A stretch of DNA of 63,983 nucleotides, counting the filler, from Octopus bimaculoides (Eukaryota): the NCBI RefSeq assembly GCF_001194135.2. It is 7 parts of 6 records of this genome, joined end to end, with 100 filler letters (N's around TTAATTAATTAA, not from the genome) between each part and the next. Parts side by side here need not be neighbours in the genome. Positions count along the whole stretch, not along the records: positions 1 to 14,589 come from NC_068988.1; 6 more parts are not named here. One strand, written 5' to 3'. Below, one piece after another: positions 1 to 12,849 of this stretch. The translations under genes and the position numbers were made by a program. Position 1 is the first letter of the stretch. Each line of letters begins with the position of its first letter. The notes under the pieces are model-generated. The model had not been told where the DNA came from and did not search any database. It worked only from the letters and a program-made list of their open reading frames with translations.

Positions 1-33
1 ATATATATATATATATATATACATATATAGATA

Positions 34-257
34 CAATAATTCCTTGACTATCTTGGGTGTTACATTCCAAAACCACTTGCGATAGGTGAAAATCCACGAA
101 GTAGAAACAGTACAGTACTGTATAATTTTTAAAAACTATTTTTATAATTTGTATATATTTATTTTATTATAAATGCAAAACAACACCATAGAGAAATCAA
201 CATAAGGTTAAATGATAAACTGCAATAGGTGAGCAGTGATATGGCGAGGGATTACTG
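34..257. mobile_element. Tigger/pogo-like MITE
   Basis: Imperfect TIRs CAATAATTCCTTGACTATC and GATATGGCGAGGGATTACTG, resembling pogo/Tigger CAGTAATCCCTCG ends. TA on both sides (32-33, 258-259). No ORF. Confidence 0.6.
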
Positions 258-508
258 TATATATGACAAGTTTTCTTCCAGTTTCCATCTACCAACTTCA
301 CTCACAAGACTTACAAAACTTTGGTCAGTCCAAGGCTATAGTAAAAGATACTTGCCCAAGGTGGACAGAAAGTGCAGAATTTGAACTCAGAACATAAAGC
401 TGGAAGAAATGTTGCTAAGCATTTTGTCAAGTGTGCTAATGATTCTGCCAGCTCACTGCCTTACTACCACAACCACCAGTAATAATAATGATAATAATAA
501 TAATAATG

Positions 509-542
<34 letters not shown>

Positions 543-1046
543 TAACTAGAGATCTTTTATCACATGTCATGAAGCTCTAGAAAACAACATTAATTCCTAT
601 CATGGACATCAGAAGTATGAATTCTGGAGAAATCAGTATTAATTGTGGAAACTCCCAAGTACACTCATTATTTCCTTTGTTATTTTGTTTACCGCTGTTT
701 CCACCTAAGAAATCTCCTGAATGAAACAAATTAGGGATTTAAAGTGTATGAATAATCTATCAACCATCCATATAGAAAGTTGAAATTTTTTGTGAAAAAT
801 AATCAATGATTGGCCATGCATGCATTCATTGGTCTGCAGGGTACTCTCTGATGTTATTGTTGATGTTTAAACAAATTTAGCCATAAACCAAGCATTTTTC
901 CCATGACAACCTATAAGGAAAATGGTCTTTTAAGAAGTCAAATATATCCCAAACATGTATGAATTGATGTAAAAGTTTTTATACATGCATATTGATACAC
1001 ACACACACAAGTATATTTACATATATAAATCTATATTTATATCTAT

Positions 1047-1102
<56 letters not shown>

Positions 1103-1129
1103 ATTTAACATTTAATATTTGGAATGGTT

Positions 1130-1300
1130 TTTGTGACTTGATGCCCTTCCCAATGCAAACCACTTTACAGAGTGTACTTGGTGCATGTTATATGGCATCA
1201 GCACCAGTGCTTCATATGTGACACCTGCATAGGTGCTTTTTATGTGGTACCAGCATGAGTTGTTTTTACATGGCACCAGCACCTGTGAGCTCACAAGACA
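1130..1300 (-). mobile_element. Decayed RTE-type 3' UTR fragment
   Basis: gatgcccttcccaatgcaaaccac...gtgc resembles the reverse complement of the 3' UTR at 12600-12848 and 14690-15024. Confidence 0.55.
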
Positions 1301-3119
1301 AGGACTTCTTGGCTGAGAGAGGGAGTGGAACCAAGAGATTAGAGTATAACAGAGCTAGACTTCTTGCTATCGAGGAAATACTTGGCTATCTCTGTATGAC
1401 AAAGAAGGAGAGGAAAGTGGGAGGGAGTTAGAGAGAGAGAGAGAGAGGACCTGCCCATAAGGAACAGTGAGGGTAGTCTAAGTAGTACAGATGAGATAGA
1501 GGGTGGGTGGGCGTTACATAAGAGTGTGATGGAAGCTGTTGAGAGGAATTGGGATGTCTGAGAGGCAGGTACGGTAAATATGTAGCTTGTGACGATGAGA
1601 GCAATTGACAGTGTTTAAGGTTGGGCATGACAGATATATGAGGGCGTGGTTAGTGCTCAGATAGGCATGTGAGGTAGGATGGTAGGGCCTGCAGGGTTGG
1701 TGGTGGTGGAGTTTGATAGAAGACAGAACCGTGTGCATGCGTGCGCGTGTGTGGCATAAAAGACATGCTTGTGGACATTAGCAGCCATAGTTTTACTTAG
1801 TTTTTTTAAATCTGGTACTTATTCTATCAGTCTCTTTTGCCAAACTGCTAAATTACAGAGACATAGACATGCCTATACTGGTTGTCAAGTGGTGATAGGG
1901 GACAAACACAGACACCAAGACAAATGCACACACACACACACAAGCTTCTTACACATACACACAAACTTCTTACCACATCAGTATATATTCATATATAGAC
2001 ACACACACATACATATGCATGCATACATGTATGAATGTATGTATGTATTAATGGGATGTATAAATAAAATGCTTGAATAAAGGAATATGCAAGTTAATAA
2101 ATGTGAGTGAGTTTGTTATAACCTTTATTAAATGTTTACATGTTCTACTTAGATTCTCTTTTGTGTGCTGCTTCAAAGAGAAATGAGACACAATGGTAGA
2201 TAAAGAGGAAGTCAGAAGTGGTGATGGGAAGAGGGGGACATATACCAATAGAAATGGTGAGATGAAAAAGACTAAAACCTTGATGGAAGACACAAAACAA
2301 TGCAAGAGGACAGGAGAATTGAAGAGAAATCATCTAAATACAAATTATTGTGGGGAGGGAGTAATTTGAAGAGCTTGTTGTTATTGAGTTATGTCCCTTT
2401 ATGTTTTGTGTTTGAATCACGCCAAAGTTGACTTTTACCTTTCATCTTTGTTATTGAATGTTGTGCAAAGGTGGTGTGCTAGCAGAGTCATTAGTGCTTC
2501 TGAAATATTAGTGGCACTTTTCCCAGCTTTTTATGTTCTGAGCTCAAATCCTGCCAAGGTCTTTTTTGCTTTATGATGAGTTTCTTTCAATGTTTGTCTA
2601 CTTTTTACTCACAAAGCCCAGGGCTATAGTACAAGACACTTTCCAAGATGCCACCCAGTTGAACTCAACCTCAGACTACATGGGTGTGTAGCAAATTTCT
2701 TAACCACATGGCCATGCTTGTGTCTAGTTGTTGGCAAAACTTCCCTCTACATTTTGAGTTCAAATCACTCCAGAGTTGACCATTTTTCATTTCCTGAAGT
2801 TGTTATTGTATTGCTCTCTAGCCATAATTTAATCCAAGACCTTCCATCTATGACCATCCCATCTTTATTTCATACATTGTGTACTTTACATTTTTAAGAA
2901 TCTAGAGTATGATTTGTGGTAGATTTGACTACTGTTTCTAGCATGTAGAGCTCCATCATTGGCTCATGACTCCCTCTTGTAAATAGCAATATATTAGTAT
3001 CATTTTATTGAGAATATTCTCCCCCTAAACTATGTACCAAAATGGAAGAAATCATTTAGTTAGTAATTAAATTTAGTCAATTAGTTAATTTTGTTATATT
3101 TAATCTAATTGTATTATGT

Positions 3120-3430
3120 AAGAAATGAAGAATTTGATAAAATCTTTTGCCATGTCTTTTGAATTTTGGGTTTACAAGCATAATTTGGTCCAAGTGTTTG
3201 GCCAACACTTTGGCCATGTTTTTGAATTCAATACCTCAACCATTCATGGACATGTTTACAAAATCCAAAAACAATGCAGCGCCCATGACCTTTGGAAACA
3301 TTGTTTTTCATGACCAGAATTGCTGAAGCATTGAATAAACTACTTGCATCCATTGTTAGGACACTCAAACCTTTAAAAATTCCAAATTCCCTTATATTCA
3401 CCAGCATTACTCCTGCACCCTTGTTCTTTA
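3120..3430 (-). mobile_element. Possible highly degenerate Tc1-like transposase fragment
   Basis: Frameshifted minus-strand pieces GAGVMLV.., VMKNNV..IVF and KHL/PNYACKPKIQKTW loosely follow Tc1 GVMVWG, FQQDNAP and WPPNSPDLNPIENLW in that order. Confidence 0.35.
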
Positions 3431-4742
3431 TGACTCTTTTAATGCTTCTGTTTTTGTCTATTTGTGTCTTATCAATGTGTATGTACTTTTAGCTTTCATT
3501 ACTGTCTTTCCTTACTTGACTCATTACTTCTTTCCATACCCTCTTTTAACTTTTTCCCCTTAGTTGTAGCACACCTGAGCTCTATATTATTGCTTTCAAA
3601 TTTTGGCACAAGGCCAGCAATTTCAGGGAGGGTTAAGTTGATTACATTGACCCCAGTGCTTAACTGGACAGATGAAAAGCAAAGTTGAACCCAGCAGAAT
3701 TTGAACTCAGAATGTAAAGGTGGATGAATGACCTAGTATGCTAACGATTATTGAGAAATATTTCCATAGACCAAAATTTATAAGCAGTAAGGGAGAATTT
3801 AATCATATCAGTATCATCATATTGTTATATTCGCTGAAGACTATGTTTTGGAGCTTATTTGTACTATATTTTTACCACAGCTGTTTATTACTGACAGCAT
3901 TTTGTTATTGAATTTTGCAGCATAGAAAAACTTTAAAAAAACTTGAAAATTACCATGCATCTTTTGCAATAATTGTCGAGAAGCTGTTGCTAATGTTTTC
4001 TGAAATTAAAGAGGTGGTTAGTAGTAGTCGTAGCTGGTAGGTGACCAGCACTGGTAGGTGTGGTATGATCACCATGGTGTCACATATATAATCCTTGGAC
4101 AATAAAAGCTAAAGAGTATAATGTTGTGTTCCACAATAATGCCCAGCAGCAAACAACCAGACAGCTGACCATTATCTGGTGGTTTCAATCAACAACTGGC
4201 ATGAGCAATCTGGTTGTTTGTTCACCTATAATGTCTAATAACAAGTGTTTAGTATGTAGCTGATGGGCACTGTTTGATTATCTGGATGGAAATTTGATAA
4301 AGTATAAAAAATATTTTGTCAAGATTTACATTTTGAAGCAGGATACGGCTATTATGATACAGCTCATGGAGTGACAACTATGCCCTGCATAGTTATGAGT
4401 TGTGCTTTGGCAAGGTGTAGCAATTGTTCAGCCACCCTGCCGGGGATGTGGCAAAGTCATAGGACTACTGAATGGCAGATTGTGAAGAGGCATCAGAAGA
4501 GCTCAACAGAGCCATTGGTGCTTCTTACATTGATACTGAGTGGAAAACTCCTTGAAGATCAATAATCAGGATCACCAAGCTCTATCAAGAGAGTAACTGC
4601 AACACATCCATGGGGATGGTATCCATGGTTGTGTAATCAGCTCATAAAAGATTCATTATTATTCACGCTCTCAATTTAAATTCACAGTAATGGAACTGGA
4701 TGGTGACAGAGTCATAGGAATCCACAAGAGTGAAGCAACCAA

Positions 4743-4791
<49 letters not shown>

Positions 4792-5485
4792 CTTCAAAAT
4801 CAAGGTGTGTCTTCCAAGATGCAGCATCTATTATACCACAAAATACAGTAATTGCAATTTGGAATTATGGGATCAAAAAACAATTTGGTTTTGTCTTGAT
4901 ATTTTTCTCTCTTCTGAAGGAATATGAGAGAGGCAGCAGAGTATGAGAAGTNNNNNNNNNNNNNNNNNNNNNNNNNNNNNNNNNNNNNNNNNNNNNNNNN
5001 NNNNNNNNNNNNNNNNNNNNNNNNNNNNNNNNNNNNNNNNNNNNNNNNNNNNNNNNNNNNNNNNNNNNNNNNNNNNNNNNNNNNNNNNNNNNNNNNNNNN
5101 NNNNNNNNNNNNNNNNNNNNNNNNNNNNNNNNNNNNNNNNNNNNNNNNNNNNNNNNNNNNNNNNNNNNNNNNNNNNNNNNNNNNNNNNNNNNNNNNNNNN
5201 NNNNNNNNNNNNNNNNNNNNNNNNNNNNNNNNNNNNNNNNNNNNNNNNNNNNNNNNNNNNNNNNNNNNNNNNNNNNNNNNNNNNNNNNNNNNNNNNNNNN
5301 NNNNNNNNNNNNNNNNNNNNNNNNNNNNNNNNNNNNNNNNNNNNNNNNNNNNNNNNNNNNNNNNNNNNNNNNNNNNNNNNNNNNNNNNNNNNNNNNNNNN
5401 NNNNNNNNNNNNNNNNNNNNNNNNNNNNNNNNNNNNNNNNNNNNNNNNNNNNNNNNNNNNNNNNNNNNNNNNNNNNNNNNNNNNN

Positions 5486-5529
<44 letters not shown>

Positions 5530-5712
5530 GTTTATACACGCATGCATACATGTGTGTATGTGTATACACACATACACATATATATATTTATATATACATA
5601 TACACACACACACATATATATATGTATGTATGTATGTACATATGAGTATGTTTACATACATATATGTGTGAATGCGTGTGTACACATAAACACACACACA
5701 CATACACACACA

Positions 5713-5780
<68 letters not shown>

Positions 5781-5870
5781 TACACACATAAGGAGAAGAA
5801 AATCTTTAATCAAAATTCTGACCTCTGATTTGGTTAAGAATAAATTCAAAATAAAGAATAAAAAAAAGAA

Positions 5871-5929
<59 letters not shown>

Positions 5930-6619
5930 GAAGGAAGGAAGGAAGGAAGGAGATTGTTTAATCTAATGAAATAATATTCAACTTGTTGAAATAACATTTA
6001 TGAAATGAATTTAGATTTTTGGATAGTTTCTGTTATGTGAGACAAATTGTAATGATGTCCATGCTGATTGCTCAGTTGGAAATATATAAACTAGAGGCGA
6101 ATATTTCAAGAAAGAAGCGAGGAGGAGGTGGAGGAGGAGGAAGAGGAGGATATAGCTGATGCTGATGCTTGTTGTTGGTAGTGATGGTGGTAGTGTCGTT
6201 GTTTAGCCCCAGGCCATCTCTGATAGAGAGCTGACATGTGATCAAAAAAACATTCAAGTCACGAATGTCCTGTCAGTTAAGGAGTAAATAGGGCTATATG
6301 TGTCACTCCCTTATGTAAAATTGTTGTGTGTCCTTTGAGGGAGATCTTGATGTGACTTCTAGAATGTGTCTAGGTTATACAAGAACACAATAGCTGATGC
6401 CTATAGAAGATAATTGTTATTGATGCATATATAAAACAAGTACAGTATAAGTATGTTAAAGGCTATAGGAAATGTGTATAGAAGCGGGAATAGATGCATG
6501 TAAAAGATTATATTAGATAGAAGACTATAAGAAAAGTCTATAGATGATGTTTATAGAGGATGACTATAATAGGTGTCCATAGAAGACAACTGTTACAAAT
6601 GTTTATAAGTGCAAGAGTA

Positions 6620-7015
6620 GATGTGTGGTAAGAAGCTTGCTTCCCAACCACATGATTCTGGGTTTAGTCCCACTGTGTGGCATATTGGGCAAGTATCTTC
6701 TGCTATATAGCCTCAAGCTGACCAAACCTTGTGAGTGGATTAGCAGATGTAAACTGAAAGAAGCCCATTGTATACATGTATATATCTATGTGTGTGTCTT
6801 TGCGTCTGTTTGTCTTCCATCATTGCTTGACAACTAGTGTTGGCGTGTTCATGTCCCTGTAACTTAGCAGCACAGCAAAAAGAGACTGACAGAATAGGTA
6901 CCAGGCATATTGAAAGATAAGTACTGGGATTGATTCATTTGACTAAAAGTTCTTTAAGGTGGTGCCCCAGCATGGCCGCAGTCAAATGACTGAAACAAGT
7001 AAAAGATAAAAGACA
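6620..7015 (+). mobile_element. tRNA-derived SINE, family 'B' (internal microsatellite), CpG-decayed copy
   Basis: A/B-box-like head gtgtggtaagaagc...gggtttagtccc, central (TA/TG)n, tail ccagcatggccgcagtcaaatgactgaaacaagtaaaag. Many similar copies occur in the window. Confidence 0.8.
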
Positions 7016-7019
7016 AGAT

Positions 7020-7740
7020 GTGCTTAGAGAACTATAGTAAATGTGGATAAATGAATAATACATGTATATAGAATATTATATTATATATGTAGAGATAAAA
7101 ACTATAGGAGATAGATCTTTATAGAAGAAAGCTAAATATATGGAAGGAGCTTATTGTAGTTGCATGTAGAGAATATTATAATACATGTCTGTAACAGAGT
7201 ATAGGAGACTATAGAAAATGTGTTTAGAAAATTATAGTTACTCCATGGAAAACTATAGTAGAATGTTGACAAAGACTGTAGATGTATAAAGAAAAAGATT
7301 AGTAGACCTGTTTAAAAGACTGTAGTTGGTGTGTATAGAAGATTATAACAGCTGCATATATAAGGGACTATAGCTGATGTTTATAAAAGGAAGCTAAGGT
7401 AGATTTTTATATAGTAATTGAGTGCAATAGTATATGTCTTTAGAAGAAATGTATATAAAAGTATAGTTGATGAATATAGAAGAGTTTAGTAGATGTGCAT
7501 AGAATGGCTATAGTAGATTTGTATATACTACTTCTATAGATGTCTATAGAAAGGGCTACATTTGATGTTTATAGAAAACTATAGCAAATCTTCTTAGACT
7601 AAGGCTATATAATATATGTATAGCAAACTGTCGATGTGTAGAGAAGAATAAAGTAGATGCTTGAAAAATAAGTCTATATAAGATATCTGTCTGTCTATCT
7701 ATTTATAGGGAGTACTTCTATATAGGAGCTAGCTCATGTT
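7020..7740 (+). repeat. Degenerate ~22-26 bp minisatellite block (consensus approx. ACTATAGTAGATGTNTATAGAAG)
   Basis: Recurrent tagatgt-tatagaa-ctatag units. Related blocks at about 6400-6620, 9120-9360, 12850-13680 and 13850-14220. Confidence 0.7.
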
Positions 7741-7759
7741 ATATTAAGCAGAGAATTGT

Positions 7760-8010
7760 CAATCATTTAAGTTCATTTAGAAATAGGAACAAAGTAAATA
7801 CTACCAGCCTTAGTAAGCTAATTTGTGCACAAAAAGATAGTAACAAAGTATTTTCAATTGCTTGGGAAATAATTAGTAAGGCAAAAGCTGATGGAACAGG
7901 TAATAATCGATGTGACTTTTGTGTGGAAGAAATGTACCAAATTTTCACTTCTAAATTTACTCTTATAAACACTAGACAGGAACAGGCTATGAGATGTCCA
8001 CATGGACAGA
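7760..8010 (+). mobile_element. Penelope-like element, GIY-YIG endonuclease C-terminal fragment
   Basis: Frame reads NHLSSFRNRNKVNTTSLSKLICAQKDSNKVFSIAWEIISKAKADGTGNNRCDFCVEEMYQIFTSKFTLINTRQEQAMRCPH, the typical H..SF...T.LS...W.I...C.LC..E...LN.R.E....C.H end of PLE endonucleases. Confidence 0.8.
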
Positions 8011-8204
8011 ATATATGTTTAAACAATTTGAATAAGCATAACTTACCATCTATAGTAATTACATTAGCTCGAATAATGATTGTGATAATAAATGATATTT
8101 ATGCAAATAATTCTACTTGATTTAAAAAGTAATGCTATCACCTCCAACTGAAAACCAACACAGAACGCTTGTTTGAATTAGTTCACTTTGAAAATATCAT
8201 AAGT

Positions 8205-8296
8205 GATGGACCCTTGATGAAATTGCAGCAACTAGGATGCATAATTGCATACAAAGCAATGTGTAGTTGCTGCAGTAGAAACACATGTTGGTCATT
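8205..8296 (+). ncRNA. Type I hammerhead-ribozyme-like motif downstream of the Penelope endonuclease
   Basis: GACC (8209-8212), C(U)UGAUGA, 12-bp stem II (ttgcagcaacta/tagttgctgcag), GAAAC, ACAT loop, GUU, then GGUC (8290-8293). The core has one extra U. Confidence 0.65.
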
Positions 8297-11124
8297 GTTA
8301 AATATGCTGTAGAAAACTTTTTAATAAAAAAAGCTTTGGATTTGAATAAATCTCCCCTCTCCTCTTCGTCTTCAATTATAAAACCGTGTGAGTGGATTTG
8401 GTAGACAGAAACTGAAAGAAGCTGGTCATATATANNNNNNNNNNNNNNNNNNNNNNNNNNNNNNNNNNNNNNNNNNNNNNNNNNNNNNNNNNNNNNNNNN
8501 NNNNNNNNNNNNNNNNNNNNNNNNNNNNNNNNNNNNNNNNNNNNNNNNNNNNNNNNNNNNNNNNNNNNNNNNNNNNNNNNNNNNNNNNNNNNNNNNNNNN
8601 NNNNNNNNNNNNNNNNNNNNNNNNNNNNNNNNNNNNNNNNNNNNNNNNNNNNNNNNNNNNNNNNNNNNNNNNNNNNNNNNNNNNNNNNNNNNNNNNNNNN
8701 NNNNNNNNNNNNNNNNNNNNNNNNNNNNNNNNNNNNNNNNNNNNNNNNNNNNNNNNNNNNNNNNNNNNNNNNNNNNNNNNNNNNNNNNNNNNNNNNNNNN
8801 NNNNNNNNNNNNNNNNNNNNNNNNNNNNNNNNNNNNNNNNNNNNNNNNNNNNNNNNNNNNNNNNNNNNNNNNNNNNNNNNNNNNNNNNNNNNNNNNNNNN
8901 NNNNNNNNNNNNNNNNNNNNNNNNNNNNNNNNNNNNNNNNNNNNNNNNNNNNNNNNNNNNNNNNNNNNNNNNNNNNNNNNNNNNNNNNNNNNNNNNNNNN
9001 NNNNNNNNNNNNNNNNNNNNNNNNNNNNNNNNNNNNNNNNNNNNNNNNNNNNNNNNNNNNNNNNNNNNNNNNNNNNNNNNNNNNNNNNTATATATATATA
9101 TATATATATATATTTAAGAGGTCTAACATAGATGTGTGTAGAAGGCTGTACAAGATGTCTATATATAAGAGGACTATAGGTGATGTGTATGTAATAGTAC
9201 AAGGGTACAATGGACATCAATAGAAGATTGCAGCTGATGTAAAGAAGGATATAGAAGATGTGTATAGAATGTGTGTATAGAAAGCTATGGTAGATGACTA
9301 TATGTAAGAGAACTATAGTGGATGTCTATATAAGAGGAGTATAGTACCCTTCTATATGGTTATAGAAGGGTAAAGCAACAACTGTTCAGTAATAAGGTGT
9401 TTGATGATGGTGTACTGATGAAGTTCAGGAATAAGATGGTGATAGTTAAACAAATGCTACAATACTTCCTTGATAGTTAGGAGAGACTGAACTTAGCCAA
9501 TAATATTTACTATGTAATGTTGCTCAGATGGTAATGAAGTGACACCACAAAAATGCAGACATGAAACATGGGAAACTATGCTCAAAGTTCTCACCAATGT
9601 ATGAAATAGTATTAAAGGGGTTTACAGTACCATAACATCATGTTCAAGAATGATGATACATGGACTACTCTAATATTGGTTTCAAATTTTGGTATAAGGC
9701 CAGTGATTCTGGGGGATGGGGTATGTCAATAACATCAACCCAGTGTTCAACTGGTACCTATTTTATTTAACCCCAAAAAGCAAAGTTGATCTCTGCAGAA
9801 TTTGAACGCAAAATGTAAAGAAATGTACAAACAAAATGCCACTAAGCATTTTGCCTAGTGTGTCAACAGTTCTGCCAGCTCACTGCCCTATACACTACTC
9901 CAGCATTGCATTTAACTTGTAAAAACAACAGTCCTTGTTAAGTTAGTCTATTGTTGGTGAATAATTATGAGTACTGTAGCAGCTGAAGTAAAGATTTATT
10001 GGTTCAATCTAGATTTTGGTGTTTAGTGGTTCAAACAACAACAAAGGAATATATGGTATGGAAATTACAAATGTATTTATTAACACTGAAAAGTTTGATT
10101 TCACACCAAGTTACATGCTGCTCAAATATGAAAGTTTCTTGTCCTTACTCTAGTTCCCCACCACTCTTTAGATATGTAACTGTGATGTATTTGAGTGTCA
10201 CAGAACTGTTAAATGTGATAATGAAATTAAATTTCTTTGGTGATGGCTGTAACAACTTAATTTGGATCCTCATGCAACAGATGGCACTTTAGCATTTCTT
10301 TGCTTTATTTGGACAAATTTGATTCTGAAAAATTTTCTCAATTAATGTCTTAACTGTCTTGGGCATTACCTCAGCAGAGCATATTGTCCTGTTACAATCC
10401 TCTCCAGTGGTACGCATACACACTTTCAGTTAGCTTTCCTATGAGGCTCATTTTAGCTGAACAGCTCACCAAATGGTGTGTGTTTCTCTGCCAGATCATT
10501 TACATTAATAATGCTATTTACACAATACATCAAGTATTCGATTAACTGGTAGAAGCCTGAGCATACACATAATATTTTTCCCTTAAAAACATTTATGTAA
10601 CTAACTTTTATTTAATGTTCTATGTAGGAACATTAATTGTCTATGCATGAATTACTGTCCAAACACAATTTGTTATTTTACTCTCCATACATTTGCTGTC
10701 CAATTTTATCTTGTAATGATAGCCTTTATAAAAACAAATGCTGTTTAACTACTTCTACTTTTAACTCTAGTGCCACCATAAACTGGAAGAGTCCATTTTT
10801 TTGGTGTCATATGGAAACACTCATATACCTAACTTCATTGTTATCTCTGAGAATCCCTTTATTTTCTAAACCACCAAGTTTGTACACAAACCATTTGCAC
10901 TAATGCTCATGGTACTCAGATTACATATACAGTACAGGGGCCAAATAAAGCAAAGAAAAGGGCACAACTTGTTTCTTGTTCTCATCCATCCCTTGAGTTA
11001 GGCAACATTCAGGTGATCAATACTGACAATCTCATACTTGAGTAGAGCAAAACTTTTGGGTAAAGTATATTCTATACATCTATGGAAGACTCATGTAACT
11101 GTCAAATGAAGATTATAAGATACA

Positions 11125-12848
11125 AGATTATAGAGCAAGGGAGATGCCTTAGATAGAAGTAATTATAGAGGCATCACACTGCTGGACTAAATGATCAAAG
11201 TTGCAGAGAGAATTATAGCCCAATTAATAAGGGACAGAATTAGACTAAATGAAATGCAGTTTAGTTTTGTCCTGGGGAGAAGCACCACAGACATTATTTT
11301 CAGAGTCAGGCAACTGCAAGAGAAGTATTTAGCTAAGAAAGAGCTGTCATACTTGGCATTTGTTGATCTGGAGAAAATTTTCAAGAGAGTATCTCATCCT
11401 GTGATATGGTGGTCTCTGAGGAGGCTAGGGGCAGATGGATGGCTAGTGAAAGCAGTACAGGCCTAGTATAGGGGTGCTATTAGTAAGGTAATAGTTAATC
11501 ATGAATACAGTGATGAATTTAGTGTACAGGTGTAGATGTTCACAAAGGTTTGGTTCTCAGCCCTCACTTCTTCATCATCATCCCCCAGGCCATAAAACAA
11601 GAATTTAAGACCAGAAGTTCCATAAAACTACTATATGTAGAGGATGTTGTCCTCATAGCCAAATCAGTAACAGAATCAGAAAAGAAATACCAGGTGTGGA
11701 AGCAAAATCTGAAAACAAAGGATCTTGAAGTTAACTTAGCAAAGACCAAGGTCTTAGTAAGCAAGAAATCAAACAGAACCCAACGTGCATCAGGTAAATG
11801 GTTCTATTCAATATGTAAGAAGTGAGTAGGCAGAAATTCCAATTGGTGTACCCAGTGCAAGCTATGGATGCACAAGTCATGCAGTGTAATAATAGGAAGG
11901 TTAACAGAGAAAGTAGTGTTTGTATGTGGAAGATATACAGAAGCCATAAACACTACAGATACATGGGAAACTGATTTCCTCAAATGTCCTGAGGGATCTC
12001 TGGAAGTAGTAGATAATTTTTGCTACCTAGATGACCTAATTAGCAGTGGAGGAGGATGTACCGAAAGTGTAGTTGTTAGAATAAGAATAGGATAGGGAAG
12101 GTTCAGAGAGTTTTTACCTCTGTTGGCAATCTCTCTCTCAGAGTGAAAGGAAAATTGTATAATGCATGCATGTGAACTGCAATGCTACATGGTAATGAGA
12201 GTCCTGAATGCAGAGGACATGCAAAGACTAGAGAGGAACAAAGCTGGTATGCTCCACTGGATGTGCAATGTCAGTGTACATGTGCAACCTAGCACTAGTG
12301 TATTGAGGGAAAATTTAAGCATAAAAGGGATTAGATGTAGTGTGCAAGAGAAAAGACTGCATTGGTTTGGTCATGTGATGCATATGGATGAGGACAGTTG
12401 CATAAAGAAGTGCCAATTGCTTAATATGGATGGAAGCTGAGTAAGAGGAAGACCCAGAAAGACATGGGATGAAGTACTGAAGGCCAATCTTGAAATGCTG
12501 AGCCTTACAAAGGAGAAGACCAAAGACTGAGATATATGGTGCATTGCTGTACTTAAGAAGGCCCACACATTACAACAGAACTGATATTCTAAAACCGAAG
12601 TTCCACATAAAAGGCACTGGTACTGGTTCTACATAAAATGCACTGGTGATGGTGCTATGTAAAAAGCACCCAGTACACTCAGTTGAGTGGTTGGTGTTAG
12701 GATGGGAATCAAGCTGTGGAAACCAATCCAGAAGGGCATCAAACCGTAGAAATGGACTATGCAACCTGCAGTGGCCTCTAGCCTTGCCTACACCTGTCAA
12801 GCCGTTCAACCCATTCGAGTATGGAAAACAAACATTAAATGATGATGA
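11125..12848 (+). mobile_element. 5'-truncated RTE-clade LINE (RT remnant, 3' UTR, (TGA)n tail)
   Basis: KGDALDRSNYRGITLLD, MQFSFVLGRSTTDIIFRVRQLQEKY..AFVDLEK, LLYVEDVVLIA, FCYLDDLISSGGG, RLHWFGHVMHM; broken by stops and frameshifts; ends aaacattaaatgatgatga. Confidence 0.9.
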
Positions 12849-12849
12849 C

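Noticed and set aside
693-716. 24-nt phase 1-1 microexon candidate (GDFLGGNS) on the minus strand
   Set aside because: Weak GTAAAC donor and no similarity to MIB2; such matches are expected by chance.
4150-4220. 12-bp inverted repeat caaacaaccaga / tctggttgtttg
   Set aside because: Short, no TSD or second copy; unremarkable in repeat-rich DNA.
4865-5961. Long ORFs of 200-400 aa in the track that span N runs (here and at other gaps)
   Set aside because: They consist of X plus microsatellite translations ([12 protein letters not shown]).
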